Under the pieces are notes generated by a model that made no database searches, was not told where the DNA came from, and saw only the letters and a list, made by a program, of their open reading frames with translations. This document shows positions 20,401 through 29,271 of a DNA stretch of 64,000 nucleotides, in pieces (position 1 is the first letter of the stretch; every line of letters starts with the position of its first letter). Made by a program: the position numbers and the translations under genes. The stretch comes from Alkalispirochaeta sp. (GTDB lineage Bacteria; Spirochaetota; Spirochaetia; DSM-27196; Alkalispirochaetaceae), in NCBI GenBank assembly GCA_965601925.1, contig OZ271854.1:768001-832000 (forward strand), written 5' to 3'.

Positions 20401-20813
20401 CCCAGAATCGGACGTCCGTCGGAGGTAATGTTGCCGATACGCGACAGGCTCGCCTGGATCTTCTCGACCGTCTCGAAGTCCGGCGCGCATATGACGTGGT
20501 GAACCTTTCGTACGCGCCCGTCGAACTTATAGATACAGCTGATTTCGGACGTCAGCATGAATCGCACGTCGCCCGGCACCGACGGCTCGCGATCGATGAG
20601 ACGATACTCGGGCCGCAGCGAGAACAGCCCCTCTTCGGCCGGCTCGAACTTCTCCTTGAGCTCAGCGGTCCACGCGGGATGCGTGAAGTCTCCGGTACCG
20701 ACGACGCCGATACCCTTTACCCGCGCCCAATAATCCAGGTGTTCCGGGGTGAGATCCTTGCTGGTTGCCCGCGAGTAGTGCGAATGGATGTGGAGATCGG
20801 CGATAAACTTCAC
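17451..20813 (-). CDS. PHP/EndoQ-family nuclease domain fused to UvrD/PcrA-type helicase
   Basis: ADLHIHSHYSRATS, GTGDFTHP, NSDAHS, GKYHFDGHRKC; helicase motifs AGPGTGKT, LVDEYQD, GDPNQAIYGFRGA, TLHAAKGLEF, EERRLLYVAMTRA. Confidence 0.92.
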   Translation of the reverse strand: MKFIADLHIHSHYSRATSKDLTPEHLDYWARVKGIGVVGTGDFTHPAWTAELKEKFEPAEEGLFSLRPEYRLIDREPSVPGDVRFMLTSEISCIYKFDGRVRKVHHVICAPDFETVEKIQASLSRIGNITSDGRPILGLDSRDLLEIVLEASPDIFFIPAHVWTPWFSTLGSKSGFDSVEECFRDLSHHIHAVETGLSSDPPMNWMCSVLDRFTLVSNSDAHSPEKLGREANLFDTERSYAGIVEAMRRGENAGFLGTIEFFPQEGKYHFDGHRKCNIRWDPVETIRHGGICSVCGKPVTQGVLSRVAELADRDSVDGRSHKTPFYPLVPLKEILSELLGVGPASKRVAQAYQAILTKGGSELSILREADASRCEAIGGEHFAEAIRRVRRREVVVDEGYDGEYGRVRVFAKGERPSSRDQDSLFADIARVPPPAPLALVEFDLSALHALKTGMDDREEPPTSVDAAADAGPAETPAPTAREPIDRAAAGEEADSRDGAAAEGVPTSLTEGLNAAQREAVTDYNGPALILAGPGTGKTKTLTTRVAHLIEAGVHPASILALTFTNKAATEMRERLRALLADRAAPSERTEPTIATFHAFGLSILRECASELGRDATFSIINATERAELLREVPSIGTHTSSRERSALSNRIGTAKEELASAEDIAYDDTLFAELFDAYEQLLREINAFDLEDLLRLPILRLENDSAFRRRYRERVRWILVDEYQDVNKAQYRLLRTLAPEHDANLCVIGDPNQAIYGFRGAMVRYIREFQTDYPDARVHHLTTSYRCSARILNASTQVLDVESENGLEGVATGVNVRIVEARTDRSEAEFVARTIEDLLGGLQFFSMDSEVAAGDAANGIESLSDFAVLCRTRRQMSTIEKALLDHHVPYQRIDTGPRFRSGGASRLITLLTHYRNPRNRVVALRLAREGIEPNRKLFGTGGRRLEEISVTKALSVLRAEYPIVGKESDDAEIRELLSVADRFGGDHDRFLRSIDIGSDLDRYERAGEKVTLMTLHAAKGLEFAAVFVVGCEDGLLPYTLFRDRTDIEEERRLLYVAMTRAKRYLYLTNATRRVLFGREYTNARSPFLDDIERDLLDRLQPEPARPPKAPESQLDLFGRG

Positions 20814-20934
20814 GCCACAACGGTAGATGTTCTCGCCTATGACATCAAGGTCGCCGGTGCATCCGCCTCGAGTGTCAGAAGGCGCCGCACTGGGACGCGA
20901 TCGGGCCGTTCTTTTCCACCGGGAGCCACGCCCA

Positions 20935-20984
20935 TTGTCAAGTATCGAGCATTGTTCTATATTATAAAAAAAGAACAACGTTCT
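20935..20984 (+). promoter_or_regulatory. Promoter TTGTCA-N17-TATATT with two GA(A/G)C-N3-GTTC operator-like sites
   Basis: Sites at 20946-20958 and 20972-20984 upstream of the DUF4260-TetR pair. Confidence 0.6.
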
Positions 20985-21006
20985 ATGTTTCAGAAGGAGT
21001 ATCAAG

Positions 21007-21426
21007 ATGGAAATTCGATCGGAACCTATCGCGGAGCGGATAGAGGGAACCACCCGAACGGGGACGTCGGGAGTCGGTGGACCGCACGTTTTTTTGCGCC
21101 TCGACGGCCTGTCCACGCTCGTCGCCGCGACCATCGTATATCGAACGGTGGGCGGGAGATGGTCGTTGTTTGCACTTCTCTTCCTGGCGCCCGACCTCTC
21201 GATGGTCGGATATCTCGCGGGGCCGCGAATCGGCGCGATAGCGTACAACCTCTTCCACGGCATCCTGCTCCCGGTGACGGTTGTGATCTTCGGGGTCGTC
21301 TCGTCGTATCAGCTCGCGATCCATATCGGACTGGTCTGGTTGGCCCACATTGGACTGGATCGCGCGATCGGATACGGGTTCAAATACCCGACGGCGTTTC
21401 GGGATACCCATTTTCAACGGGTATGA
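21007..21426 (+). CDS. DUF4260 family membrane protein
   Basis: LRLDG, LAPDLSMVGYLAGPRIGA..YN..H, HIGLDRAIGYGFKY. Confidence 0.85.
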   Translation: MEIRSEPIAERIEGTTRTGTSGVGGPHVFLRLDGLSTLVAATIVYRTVGGRWSLFALLFLAPDLSMVGYLAGPRIGAIAYNLFHGILLPVTVVIFGVVSSYQLAIHIGLVWLAHIGLDRAIGYGFKYPTAFRDTHFQRV

Positions 21427-21439
21427 AGGGGAAAGAACA

Positions 21440-22087
21440 GTGGCGTACAGACGCACGGAATCGCGGCAACGCCATATAGCCGCCGTACGGGATACGATGA
21501 TCGAAGCGGCGACGGCACTCGTGCGGGAGGACGGACTCTCGGCGCTCACCGTCCGAGCCGTGATTGGTCGCGCAGGGTCGTCAATCGGCAATTTCCACCA
21601 CTACTTCGGCGACAAGGCGGGGCTCATACGAGAGGTGCTCAACCGCGTCATCGACGAGATATTCGCGACCGTCGATCGCGCCGCCGGTAACGAACCACCG
21701 GGTCCGCGACAACTCGCGGTAATGGTATACACCGGTATCACTGAAACCATGAAACAACGGCGTCTCGCGAGCGCATTATTTGCCGGAGAGCCGGGAGAGG
21801 CGACCCGAAGAGTGGTAACGCAGCGCCTCGTCCAACGGGTTGAAACGACGTTTGCCGCGTACGAGTCGTCGGGACGGCACGATTTCCCTGCCGAGTCGCC
21901 GCTTGCCGCGGCGATGTGGCAGGGAACGATCACGATGGTAGTAGAAGTGCTCCTGTCCGGGGATTTGAGCATCGACGCACATTCGGCGGCGTGCTCGTGC
22001 GCAGCGTGGAATCTCCGAGCGATCGGCGTGAGCGACGGCGCTGTGGAAGATGCAGTCGCCCGGCTTGAAGCGGTCCGGACGGCGTAG
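21440..22087 (+). CDS. TetR family regulator
   Basis: LTVRAVIGRAGSSIGNFHHYFGDK HTH. Confidence 0.88.
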   Translation: MAYRRTESRQRHIAAVRDTMIEAATALVREDGLSALTVRAVIGRAGSSIGNFHHYFGDKAGLIREVLNRVIDEIFATVDRAAGNEPPGPRQLAVMVYTGITETMKQRRLASALFAGEPGEATRRVVTQRLVQRVETTFAAYESSGRHDFPAESPLAAAMWQGTITMVVEVLLSGDLSIDAHSAACSCAAWNLRAIGVSDGAVEDAVARLEAVRTA

Positions 22088-22293
22088 GGGAGCCGCAGCC
22101 GGGAATCGCCGCACGGGAGTCGTCTTATCCGCCCGAACCGTCCGACGGCGCCGTGGCCTCGATGACCGCTACGGCGCGGTTTCGGGCGCCGTCGCCACAC
22201 CTCTCGTTGAACGCCTCACCATGAACAGCTACCGAAATCGAAGGACGCACTGAAACCGTAATTCGTCATCGTGTGACCCTTTACCTGAATCGT

Positions 22294-22343
22294 AACTTGA
22301 CAATGTAAACTTCTTTAGCGATACTGAGTTGACAGTGTCTACC
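22294..22343 (+). promoter_or_regulatory. Promoter with two TTGACA-N-TGT operator-like palindromes
   Basis: CTTGACAATGTAAAC and GTTGACAGTGTCTAC upstream of SDR-TetR; AGGAGG SD follows. Confidence 0.6.
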
Positions 22344-22359
22344 AAGGAGGGACGTAGCG

Positions 22360-23160
22360 ATGAGAAAACGTGAACGGTGGGTCGCAAAGTTCGGACCGTG
22401 GGCGGTCGTGACCGGCGCGTCGGACGGGATAGGGCGTGCGTGTGCGTACACCCTTGCGGAACGGGGTATGAACGTCGTACTGGTCGCCCGACGGCGGGAG
22501 GTTCTCGATGAGATCGCCGGTGACATCGAGCAACGTCACGCGGTGAACACACGCGTCGTGTCGGTGGATCTGGGGGAGCGCTCCTCATTCGATCTCCTCG
22601 CCCGCGAGACGGCGGATATCGACGTGGGTCTCCTTATCGCCTCTGCCGGATTCGGTACTTCGGGACCCTTCATCGAGTCGGATATCGAGACCGAACTGTC
22701 CATGGTCGACTTGAACTGCACCGCATTGATGGCCCTTACCCACCACTACGGTAGACGCTTTGCGAGTCGGCGACGGGGCGGCATCGTACTCATGAGTTCC
22801 ATCGTCGCGTTTCAAGGCGTGCCCTTTGCGGCCGACTATGCGGCGACCAAAGCGTACGTCCAGACGCTGGCCGAGGGTCTCCGTCTGGAGTTGAAGCCCT
22901 ACGGCGTCGACGTGCTCGCCTCGGCTCCCGCCCAGGTACACAGCGGATTTGCCGCACGAGCCGATATGCGCATGGGTCGGGCGCTCACTCCCCACCACGT
23001 GGCGCGCGGTACCATCAACGCTCTGGGCCGACGCGCGACGGTACGCCCCGGTTTCCTGTCGAAGTTTCTCGAGGCGGTTCTGAAGCTGCCGCGCGCGTTA
23101 CGAACGCGGATCATGAAGGTGGTAATGGGCGGTATGACCGCACACCGCCGTGCCGCGTAA
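22360..23160 (+). CDS. SDR family oxidoreductase
   Basis: TGASDGIG, YAATK. Confidence 0.93.
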   Translation: MRKRERWVAKFGPWAVVTGASDGIGRACAYTLAERGMNVVLVARRREVLDEIAGDIEQRHAVNTRVVSVDLGERSSFDLLARETADIDVGLLIASAGFGTSGPFIESDIETELSMVDLNCTALMALTHHYGRRFASRRRGGIVLMSSIVAFQGVPFAADYAATKAYVQTLAEGLRLELKPYGVDVLASAPAQVHSGFAARADMRMGRALTPHHVARGTINALGRRATVRPGFLSKFLEAVLKLPRALRTRIMKVVMGGMTAHRRAA

Positions 23161-23770
23161 GGGCCGAACACCCGGCGATCTCCGCGAAGCGTGCGTCGCC
23201 GAGGCGTTACGGATCGTGGAACGCGAGGGAGTAGAGAGCCTGAGCATGCGCGAAGTCGCGAGAAGACTCGGCGTGTCCCATCAGGCGCCGTACAAGCACT
23301 TCGCGAGTCGCGACCACATTCTCGCCGAGATCGTTGCGCGCGCCTACGGGAGCTTCGTGGAGTATCTCGAGGCGATACCCGAGACCGATAACCCGGCGGA
23401 AGATATGGCCGAGATGGGACGCAGGTACGTGAGATATGCGCTGACGCATCCTCTTCAGTACCGCCTCATGTTCGAGAGTCCCTTACCGGAGCCGCGTCGC
23501 CATCCGGAGATGATGCGTCGCGCCGATCGCGCGTTTACGCTTCTTCGCACATGCCTGAAACGAATGCCGGATCGGTGGACGAACGCCCTCGGCGACGACG
23601 CCACCGATACCGATGCACTGTTCGTATGGGCGACTCTGCACGGTTTGGCGAGCATATCACGCTCCTCGGCACTCCATACACTGACGCTTCCCGACTCGGT
23701 TATCGAGAATGCGGTACGCGATGCATTGATCAGAATCGGTGTCGGTATCGGAGTGGAGGGGCGATCGTAG
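23150..23770 (+). CDS. TetR family regulator (WHG-type C-terminal domain)
   Basis: LSMREVARRLGVSHQAPYKHF; WATLHG. Confidence 0.92.
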   Translation: MPRKGRTPGDLREACVAEALRIVEREGVESLSMREVARRLGVSHQAPYKHFASRDHILAEIVARAYGSFVEYLEAIPETDNPAEDMAEMGRRYVRYALTHPLQYRLMFESPLPEPRRHPEMMRRADRAFTLLRTCLKRMPDRWTNALGDDATDTDALFVWATLHGLASISRSSALHTLTLPDSVIENAVRDALIRIGVGIGVEGRS

Positions 23771-23816
23771 GTCGCGCTCCTTGTCCCGCCCCATTGAAAG
23801 TCGTACTTTCGTGACG

Positions 23817-25211
23817 ATGAACAGCCGAACTTCCCGCCTGGGCACCGACCCGACCCACCGTGTTCTGATGCGCCTGGCGCTTCCCGCCACCGCGAGCCTC
23901 CTCATCAATGCGACTTACAACGTCGTCGACTCCCTCTTCGTCGGACGCTTCGTCGGCACCGCCGGACTCGCCGCCGTCGGCCTCAACTTCCCGTTGATGA
24001 TCATGCTCATCGCAATGGGCATACTCGTCGGTGTGGGCGGTTCGGCACAGATTTCGCGACGTCTCGGCGCGGGCGATCCCGAGCGCGCCAACCGCGCCTT
24101 TGGTAGTTCATTGCTCTTGATTGCGACGCTCGGCGGATCCGTCATCGCTTTCGGTTCGCTCTTCTCACCCTTTTTGGTGCGCGTACTCGGTGCAAGCGAC
24201 GCGGTCTTTCCGATGGCACACCGGTACTTCGTGATCATCGTGTTGGGCTCGCCGCTGTTGATCGCCAACCAGGCACTCAACAACGTAGTGTACGCCGAAG
24301 GTGCCGGGACGGTAGGATTCGCGGCGCTTAGTATTTCGAGCATCATGAACATCGTACTGGACTGGCTCTTCATCGTCCGTTTCGGGTGGGGTGTCGGAGG
24401 CGCCGCGTGGGCTACGGTCATCAGCCAGGGTGTGGCGACGGCGATCATGCTCGGGTACTTCGCACTGCCGTACAGTCAACTCCGCCTCCACGTCTGTATG
24501 TGCCGCGCCGATATGTGGGAGACGGTGCGCGTCGGATTTTCCGCGTCGGTACGCACCTTGTCTGTCGTCTTTATGGCGCTGGTCATCAACCGAGCGGCGT
24601 TTCGAGCCCAGGGAGACCTGGGGATCGCGGTGGCGTCGGTGGTGTTTCGGGTCGTTAGCATCGTGGTACTTCCCGCGTTCGGCATCAATCAGGCGTATCT
24701 GCCGGTGGCGGCGTACAACTACGGCGCGGGAAAACACAAGCGCATGGTCAGCGCTACCTGGCAGTCGATTTTAATGGCCCTGGCGATCTGCTTTACGGCG
24801 AGCATCGCAATATCGATTCTGTCTATACCGATTGCGGAGCTGTTCAATAACGACGAAGCGTTCATCGCTACAGCGTCGCGGGGATTCCGCCGTTCCTTCA
24901 TCCTCACGCCCTTTATCATTTTTAACTTGGTCGGCGCGGGGCTCTTTCAAGCGCTCGGCGACGCGCGACGCAGCTTGTTGATCTCTCTTTCGCGCATGGT
25001 CTTTTTCATGTTGCCGCTCCTTGTGGTACTTCCGCGCTTTTTCGGCCTGGACGGCATCTGGCACTCGTTCCCGATCGGGGAGTTCTTCTCGGCGGCGTTT
25101 GCCACGGCCGTCACCCTCCCCCACTTGATGCGCCTGAACGGACACGGCGCGCTCGACGGATCCGCCGCCACGCCCTTAGACTCCGCGGAACCGGTGGCGA
25201 AGCGGGCGTAG
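23817..25211 (+). CDS. MATE family efflux transporter (MepA-like)
   Basis: YNVVDSLFVGR, NIVLDWLFI, GAAWAT, YNYGAG. Confidence 0.92.
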   Translation: MNSRTSRLGTDPTHRVLMRLALPATASLLINATYNVVDSLFVGRFVGTAGLAAVGLNFPLMIMLIAMGILVGVGGSAQISRRLGAGDPERANRAFGSSLLLIATLGGSVIAFGSLFSPFLVRVLGASDAVFPMAHRYFVIIVLGSPLLIANQALNNVVYAEGAGTVGFAALSISSIMNIVLDWLFIVRFGWGVGGAAWATVISQGVATAIMLGYFALPYSQLRLHVCMCRADMWETVRVGFSASVRTLSVVFMALVINRAAFRAQGDLGIAVASVVFRVVSIVVLPAFGINQAYLPVAAYNYGAGKHKRMVSATWQSILMALAICFTASIAISILSIPIAELFNNDEAFIATASRGFRRSFILTPFIIFNLVGAGLFQALGDARRSLLISLSRMVFFMLPLLVVLPRFFGLDGIWHSFPIGEFFSAAFATAVTLPHLMRLNGHGALDGSAATPLDSAEPVAKRA

Positions 25212-25351
25212 AACTGCGTGAAGACTTCGCCGCTGCACGAAGCGATTCGACTGCGCGCGCACGATGTCGGCGGACTCGTCCCCGGAGGCCGTTGTGATCG
25301 AGTTCTCGGATGCCCCGGCGAAGCCGGTGCAGGCCGAACACTGGAGTAGCG

Positions 25352-26299
25352 CTAACCCAACCGTATCCGCGGATTAAGCAGCGCAAAGAGCAGATCGGCG
25401 GCCAAATTTGCCAGGGAGTAACACAACACGATCAGCACGGAGATCGCTTGGAGCACCGGCAGGTTCTTCTGTGTCACGGCAGTAACCAGCAGCGATCCGA
25501 TTCCCGGGTAGTTGAACACACTCTCGATAACGACCAATCCACCCATGAGCCAACCGATCGACAAAGCGATAACAGCGATAGTCGGCAGGAGCGCATTGCG
25601 CAGCACGTGACCGAGCACGACTCGGCGACGCCGTAGTCCCTTAACGATGGCGGTACGCACGTACGGTTTTTTAAGCTCCTCCAGCATTCCGGCTCTCGTG
25701 ATGCGGGTGATATACCCGACAAGCACCAATCCGGCCGTAGCGGCAGGCAGCGCCAGCGTGCGTAGCCATTGCCACAACGACATATCGGAACCGATTGAGG
25801 TAGTAGCCTGAAACCATCCCAAGCCGATCGCGAAGACGTTGATCAGAAAGACCCCGGTGACGAACTCGGGCAACCCGACTACCGAAAGCGACAGTACCGA
25901 GATGACGTTGTCGACCCACGTGTCCTCCCATAGCGCGGCAACCAGCCCTAAGGTCAACGACAGCGGCACGATGAGTATGAGCGTAAACCCGGCCAAACGC
26001 AGCGAGTTTCCCAGCCGCGCAACGACCAACGGTCGGACCGGCGGGTTTCCGGCGGTGAAGGAGCGCCCCCAGTCGGCGGTGACGAAACCGCCAAGCCAGT
26101 TAAGATAACGCCGGAGCGGGGGTGTATCGAGACCGAACTCGGCGTTGAAGTTCGCCACGGCAACCGGTGAGGCGTCCCGGCCAAGCACCAATCGTGCGAC
26201 GTCGCCCGGTAGTAGACTGGTAAGGGCGTAGATGACGAAAGAGGTCACCAGTAACGTCAACACCAACAACAAAAGACGCCGTATGACGTAGTTGGTCAT
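25352..26299 (-). CDS. Peptide/nickel ABC transporter permease (DppB-like)
   Basis: YVIRRLL, PYVRTAIVKGL, HVLRNALLP, ESVFNYPGIG, LNPRIR. Confidence 0.92.
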   Translation of the reverse strand: MTNYVIRRLLLLVLTLLVTSFVIYALTSLLPGDVARLVLGRDASPVAVANFNAEFGLDTPPLRRYLNWLGGFVTADWGRSFTAGNPPVRPLVVARLGNSLRLAGFTLILIVPLSLTLGLVAALWEDTWVDNVISVLSLSVVGLPEFVTGVFLINVFAIGLGWFQATTSIGSDMSLWQWLRTLALPAATAGLVLVGYITRITRAGMLEELKKPYVRTAIVKGLRRRRVVLGHVLRNALLPTIAVIALSIGWLMGGLVVIESVFNYPGIGSLLVTAVTQKNLPVLQAISVLIVLCYSLANLAADLLFALLNPRIRLG

Positions 26300-28365
26300 C
26301 CGGGCGCCCCCGAGTGGGGCCGGTGTGAAGCCTGCATCGCCCGGAGCTGATCCAGTCGGTAGTGACAACGAATCTCAAGGCCGTTGGCGGTAGTGCGCGT
26401 CGGCGGTGCGGTCGTCTCGCAGATCGAACCGATCTTACGGGGACAGCGGGTGTGAAACGCGCAGCCCGTTGGACGATTTCTCGGCGACGGAGCCTCCCCG
26501 GTAAGGGCGATCGGGTGCCGCCTGACGCGGGGATCCGGGAGCGGAATCGCCGAAAGCAGCGCCTCGGTGTAGGGGTGCGAGGGCGCGGCCAACACCGCAT
26601 CGGTCGGACCCTGCTCCACAATCTCGCCGAGGTACATCACCGCGATGCGATCGGCCAGATAGCGCACGACCGCCAAATCGTGGGAGATGATCACATACGA
26701 AATACCCTCGCGGGCGCGTAGATCCTTCAATAGGTTGAGAATCACCGCTTGGACCGAAACGTCCAGCGAGGAGGTCGGCTCGTCGGCGACGATCAGCGCC
26801 GGCTTAGATGCAAACGCCCGCGCGATCGCCACCCGTTGTTTTTCGCCGCCGGACAGGCGCGACGGCAGACGATCGTAGTACTTCGCGGGTAACCCGACCG
26901 CGTTCAACAGCGCCTCAACGCGCGAGCGCAGCTGCGTTCGATCCGCCGATTCCGGCGCAAGCTTGCGGATCGTCCTCCCGATCGTCTGGCCGACGGTACG
27001 GTACGGATTGAGCGAATCGTCCGGATTCTGAAACACGATGCGCAGATTGCGGAGCGTTTCACGCTCGCGATCACCGAGGCGCAGCGCGATGGGCCGATCC
27101 ATGAGGCGAAGCGAACCGCGGTCCGCCTCCGCAAGCGCGAGAATTGAGCGTGCCAGCGTCGTCTTGCCGCTACCGCTCTCGCCGACCAGGCCGAACGTCG
27201 AACCTGCGGCGACACGAATTGACGCTCCGTTGAGCGCTTGAACGACGTCGCGTGTGGCGCGGCCGGGCAACAACGACGTTCGACGCGGGGCGAACCACTT
27301 GACGATATCGGTCGCTTCCAGCACCGGCGGCCGCGCCGACGACGACCGGACGGCGTGCCGTCTATTCGGCAGCTCCGCGCCGGGTAACGAAGTGTCGCGC
27401 CAGTGCCAGCAGCGAACCGTGCGCCGGTCTTCGATGGGCTCCAAGGGCGGCTTCTCGGCGTGACACTTGGCCGTCGCCAGGGGACAGCGCGGGGCGAATA
27501 CGCACGCCGAGCTGCGCTCCGCCAAGGACGGCGCTATCCCCGAGATCGTCGTCAGCCGCGAATCGTCGCCGGTCGCCGCACTGGGAAGGCACGCGAGCAA
27601 GCCCGCAGTGTACGGGTGGCGCGGCGCGGTAAAGAGCGCGTCGACCGGGGCGCTCTCCATTACCTCGCCCGCGTACAACACCGTGACGTAATCGCACAAC
27701 TGCGCTACGGCGCCCAAATCGTGGGACACGTAGAGCGCTGCGGCGTGTTCGGCGGCGATAAGGTCGCGCAGCAGATCCAGAATCACCGCCTGGGTCGTTA
27801 CGTCGAGTGCGGTCGTCGGCTCGTCGAGCACCACGAGCGCGGGACGGGTGCTCAGCGCCATCGCGATCATGACCCGCTGCAGCATACCGCCGGACAGTTG
27901 GTGCGGATAACGCCGTATCACGCGCTCCGGATCCGCAATCTGCACCTGCCGCAGCGCCGCGACGGCTCGGTCAATCGCCGCGGACTCCGAGAGGTGGTCG
28001 TGACGCCGCGTAGTCTCGGTCATCTGTCTCCCGATACGCAACGACGGATTCAGCGCCTCCATCGGGTTTTGCGGCACCAGCGTGATCCGGGAACCCCACA
28101 CCCCCTCGAGCTCGCGATCGGTCATCGTGTGTAAATCGGCATCGCCGAACCGGATGCTACCCTTGGTGATTCGCGCGTTGTGGGCCAAGTAGCGCATGAT
28201 CGCCAGGCCGAGGGTCGATTTTCCGCTCCCGCTCTCACCGACCAAACCGTGCGTCTGTAACGGCAAGATTTTTAGATCGACGTCCCGAATCGCGTCGAAC
28301 CACCGCCTCCCGATCTTGTAGCCGACCGAAAGGCCGGCTACGTCGATGACCGGTCGTGGGGCCAC
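26296..28365 (-). CDS. Peptide ABC transporter ATP-binding protein (fused DppD-DppF)
   Basis: Two GESGSGK Walker A motifs, LSGG signatures, Cys-rich oligopeptide C-terminal motifs. Confidence 0.93.
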   Translation of the reverse strand: MAPRPVIDVAGLSVGYKIGRRWFDAIRDVDLKILPLQTHGLVGESGSGKSTLGLAIMRYLAHNARITKGSIRFGDADLHTMTDRELEGVWGSRITLVPQNPMEALNPSLRIGRQMTETTRRHDHLSESAAIDRAVAALRQVQIADPERVIRRYPHQLSGGMLQRVMIAMALSTRPALVVLDEPTTALDVTTQAVILDLLRDLIAAEHAAALYVSHDLGAVAQLCDYVTVLYAGEVMESAPVDALFTAPRHPYTAGLLACLPSAATGDDSRLTTISGIAPSLAERSSACVFAPRCPLATAKCHAEKPPLEPIEDRRTVRCWHWRDTSLPGAELPNRRHAVRSSSARPPVLEATDIVKWFAPRRTSLLPGRATRDVVQALNGASIRVAAGSTFGLVGESGSGKTTLARSILALAEADRGSLRLMDRPIALRLGDRERETLRNLRIVFQNPDDSLNPYRTVGQTIGRTIRKLAPESADRTQLRSRVEALLNAVGLPAKYYDRLPSRLSGGEKQRVAIARAFASKPALIVADEPTSSLDVSVQAVILNLLKDLRAREGISYVIISHDLAVVRYLADRIAVMYLGEIVEQGPTDAVLAAPSHPYTEALLSAIPLPDPRVRRHPIALTGEAPSPRNRPTGCAFHTRCPRKIGSICETTAPPTRTTANGLEIRCHYRLDQLRAMQASHRPHSGAPG

Positions 28366-28366
28366 A

Positions 28367-29263
28367 TCAGTCCTCGTTACGTAAGACACGGCGCAGTCCG
28401 TCGGACATCAAGTTGACGCTGATGATCAGCAACGCGATCGCCGCCACCGGATACCACAGCTCCCACGGTGCATCGGCAAACTGGGTACGGGCGTCGAGCA
28501 CCATCCGGCCCCATTCCGGCGACGGTGGTTGCACGCCCAACCCGAGGAATCCGAGGGAGGTCACCAAGATGATCGCGTAGGAGAAGCGGAGCGCGGCCTC
28601 GACGATAACGACCGGCCACACGCCGGGCAGAATCTGGCGCAGCACGATGTGTCCGATCCGCTCACCGCGTAACCGCGCCTCTTCGATGTAGCCGCGATCG
28701 CGTATCGAGAAGGTCGCGCTCCGGGTAACGCGAGCGATAATGGGGACGTACACAATGACAATAACGGCGGTAAGGCTGATATTCTGTGCGCCCAACAACG
28801 GGACGATCCCGGTTTCGCGGGCCGAGAGGACCGGAACGATCGTCGAAATCGCAACCAGTGCGAGCACCATGGTAGGGATGGACACCAAACCGTCGAGCAC
28901 ACGAGAGGCGATATCGTCCACGACGCCGCCCACATAGCCCAAGAGTAGTCCTAACGGCGCGCCGAGCACTACCGAGAGCGCGGTGGCGACCAGAGGCAAT
29001 CCGATCGTCTCCCGCCCACCCCACAGTAGGCGACTCAACACATCGCGCCCGCGCTGATCGGTTCCCAGGCGGAAGGTCTGCGACGGCGCCTGGCTGACCA
29101 GTGCGCGGCGACTCTCGAGTCCGATGTCGGTACCGCGGATCACCCGGTCGAAGGGATACGGAGCGAGCGACGGACCGAGCACCGTGACCACGAGAAAGAA
29201 CGCTACGCCCACACTGCCCGCCAGAATCGACGGGCGTGCGAGCAACGTTTTGACGACCGTCAT
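28367..29263 (-). CDS. Peptide ABC transporter permease (DppC-like)
   Basis: LGTDQRGRDVLSR, LGFLGLGVQPPSPEWG. Confidence 0.92.
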   Translation of the reverse strand: MTVVKTLLARPSILAGSVGVAFFLVVTVLGPSLAPYPFDRVIRGTDIGLESRRALVSQAPSQTFRLGTDQRGRDVLSRLLWGGRETIGLPLVATALSVVLGAPLGLLLGYVGGVVDDIASRVLDGLVSIPTMVLALVAISTIVPVLSARETGIVPLLGAQNISLTAVIVIVYVPIIARVTRSATFSIRDRGYIEEARLRGERIGHIVLRQILPGVWPVVIVEAALRFSYAIILVTSLGFLGLGVQPPSPEWGRMVLDARTQFADAPWELWYPVAAIALLIISVNLMSDGLRRVLRNED

Positions 29264-29271
29264 TGTACCGA

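Noticed and set aside
20946..20984. LexA (GAAC-N4-GTTC) SOS box for the repair helicase
   Set aside because: Spacing is N3 in both sites; better explained as operators of the adjacent TetR
20814..21263. N-terminal 150-aa extension of the EndoQ-UvrD ORF in the ORF track
   Set aside because: Overlaps the divergent DUF4260 gene and its promoter; family similarity begins at GTG 20813
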